This document shows positions 44,908 to 46,218 of a stretch of DNA of 46,218 nt, in pieces; the first letter of the stretch is position 1, and each line of letters starts with the position of its first letter. This DNA comes from Candidatus Woesearchaeota archaeon (GTDB lineage: Archaea > Nanobdellota > Nanobdellia > SCGC-AAA011-G17 > PNOQ01), in NCBI GenBank assembly GCA_964497715.1, contig CAZCDH010000002.1:2810-49027 (forward strand), read 5' to 3'. The notes below the pieces were generated by a model, which saw nothing but the letters and a program-made list of their open reading frames with translations, made no database searches and was not told where the DNA came from. The position numbers and the translations under genes are program-made.

Positions 44908-45000
44908 AAACTTGCCTAGTATTTCTTGGAAAGTTATTTTCCATCACCCGATATATGAATTGATTCACTAATCTTTAATCACCTTTTAATTAAACTAGAT

Positions 45001-46122
45001 TTAGACTATTCTTATTTTAAGTGTTTCTATTATAAATGAATTATCTGGAACAATCTTAATCAAATTAATTCCAGTAGACACCATTGAAGTAATATCTTTA
45101 GTGAATGATTTAGGGCCATTACTAATATCAAACTCTACCTCATTGATAATCAGTTTTGCGCCTGAACCAGATTCATCAAAAACCATATCAAGATAAACAA
45201 GATTTTCACCTAAAGAATTTACATTAAAAGAATACTCAGGAAAAATAATCTCATTAAACTCACTATTTACTTTTATATCACTAAAAACATAATCTCCATT
45301 ATTGATAACAAATTTTATTTCATTGATTCCACTTTTTATAGTACTAACATTTAAATCAATAATCCGATTAAGATTTTCACAGGACAAAGTTTCAGACAAA
45401 ATAGAATTTCCATTCAAATAAATTTTAAGTAAATTATTTCCAGAGTAAGTATTACAATACATAGAATAAGATAAACTAGCTTTTTTGATATTAGTTATTT
45501 CAAATGAAGGAATAACGAAACTATCACTTCCACTAGCATATATATCTTCATAGCCAGTTTTTATCGAAATATCAATCAAATCATAGTAACTAGTTGACCA
45601 AAAATTGGGAGAAGTGACATAAAATTTTAACTCATTGCTATCCCTTACATAATCTACAGGTAGAGTTAACACAACTATATTTCCTTCAACAAACTCAGAA
45701 AATACATCATGACCATTTAACTCCACATTTAATTCCCCTTTTTTCTCATAAATTGCAAAAGACAAAACTAAACTTTTCAAATTTTCTAAACTATCTATAT
45801 TAAAGGAGAAAGATTGATCCTTACTATTAAATAAATTTCTTTTAACTTGTGAATTCTCACTTATTGTTCTAATCTCAGGTTCATATCTAAAAAATAAATT
45901 CATTTGTTCTAGACCGTATATTACTTTAGTTTCTGAAGAAGGATAAACTAAACCTGGAGATTCAGATAAAATAACATTTCCAGAATTAGAAAAACAATCA
46001 TCAGAACATTCGAGATCTAAAAGCCTACATTTATCACAAGGAGGCAAAAGCAAGGCATAAATTATTATAAGAAATGCTATTATCAAAATTAATCCAGAAA
46101 CTGAAGCTTTTTTATTATACAT
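45001..46122 (-). CDS. Secreted or signal-anchored protein, function unknown (possible class III signal)
   Basis: The N-terminus MYNKKA|SVSGLILIIAFLIIIYALLLPP is followed by CDKC...CSDDC. The body is rich in N, S and I and appears beta-rich. AT-rich promoter region at 46123..46218. Confidence 0.65.
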   Translation of the reverse strand: MYNKKASVSGLILIIAFLIIIYALLLPPCDKCRLLDLECSDDCFSNSGNVILSESPGLVYPSSETKVIYGLEQMNLFFRYEPEIRTISENSQVKRNLFNSKDQSFSFNIDSLENLKSLVLSFAIYEKKGELNVELNGHDVFSEFVEGNIVVLTLPVDYVRDSNELKFYVTSPNFWSTSYYDLIDISIKTGYEDIYASGSDSFVIPSFEITNIKKASLSYSMYCNTYSGNNLLKIYLNGNSILSETLSCENLNRIIDLNVSTIKSGINEIKFVINNGDYVFSDIKVNSEFNEIIFPEYSFNVNSLGENLVYLDMVFDESGSGAKLIINEVEFDISNGPKSFTKDITSMVSTGINLIKIVPDNSFIIETLKIRIV

Positions 46123-46218
46123 TTTATTTATAAATATAGATTAAAAATAATATAAAAGGTTTTCTGTTAATCAAATAACATAATAATTTCTAATTCTGAA
46201 AAGATTTATAAAATAATA

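Noticed and set aside
44855-44968. Possible 37-codon upstream ORF (GTG start 9 nt after a GGTGAT) overlapping the start of the 452-aa gene in another frame, with a second GGTGAT at 44943-44948
   Set aside because: The product (VNQFIYRVMENNFPRNTRQVYESSYCCYINNWSYFFI) has no features. The Shine-Dalgarno-like hexamers could be chance or regulatory. It cannot be supported without conservation or ribosome-profiling data.
1-46218. The window being a circular element, with the two surface operons adjacent across the junction
   Set aside because: Joining the ends would give the gene starting at 14..12 only about 8 codons before a stop. The content is core chromosomal (aaRS, ribosomal proteins, PCNA), so it is treated as a linear slice of a chromosome.

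Overview
AT-rich, very gene-dense archaeal chromosome segment, most likely from a small-genome DPANN-type archaeon. The archaeal call rests on PCNA, TFS, RpoL, aRF1, Cbf5/Nop10, aIF2-alpha, e-type ribosomal proteins, EndA and Hjc, together with short Lys-rich cytoplasmic proteins, many ATGA-type gene overlaps, and a mix of leaderless-type TATA promoters and GGTGAT Shine-Dalgarno sites. I support about 56 CDS plus one tRNA-Phe(GAA). Two of these CDS (L39e and a 53-aa histone-fold protein) are shorter than the ORF-track cutoff. I saw no rRNA, CRISPR array, transposase, integrase or reverse transcriptase. A housekeeping core (about 5.7-41.7 kb) covers replication, transcription, translation, tRNA/rRNA processing, DNA repair and a lipid-linked glycosylation cluster. 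It is bracketed by two minus-strand operons of uncharacterised secreted proteins. The best candidate for a novel system is the left operon (646-5668). There, two proteins with KRGQV class III (prepilin-type) signal peptides flank a ~1230-aa, extremely cysteine-rich, compositionally atypical membrane protein. The second candidate is the right operon (41695-46122), with four secreted, lipobox or signal-anchor proteins, three of which look paralogous by eye. Several other envelope genes are scattered through the window: a pilin-like protein, two type-I membrane proteins sharing a 4-Cys stalk module, a membrane-anchored thioredoxin-fold CxxC protein, a lamin-tail-domain protein and an anchored P1-nuclease/PLC-like enzyme. 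Together they suggest a large investment in an extracellular, disulfide-rich contact and scavenging surface. All functional calls are from motif recognition by eye, and no database search was run.
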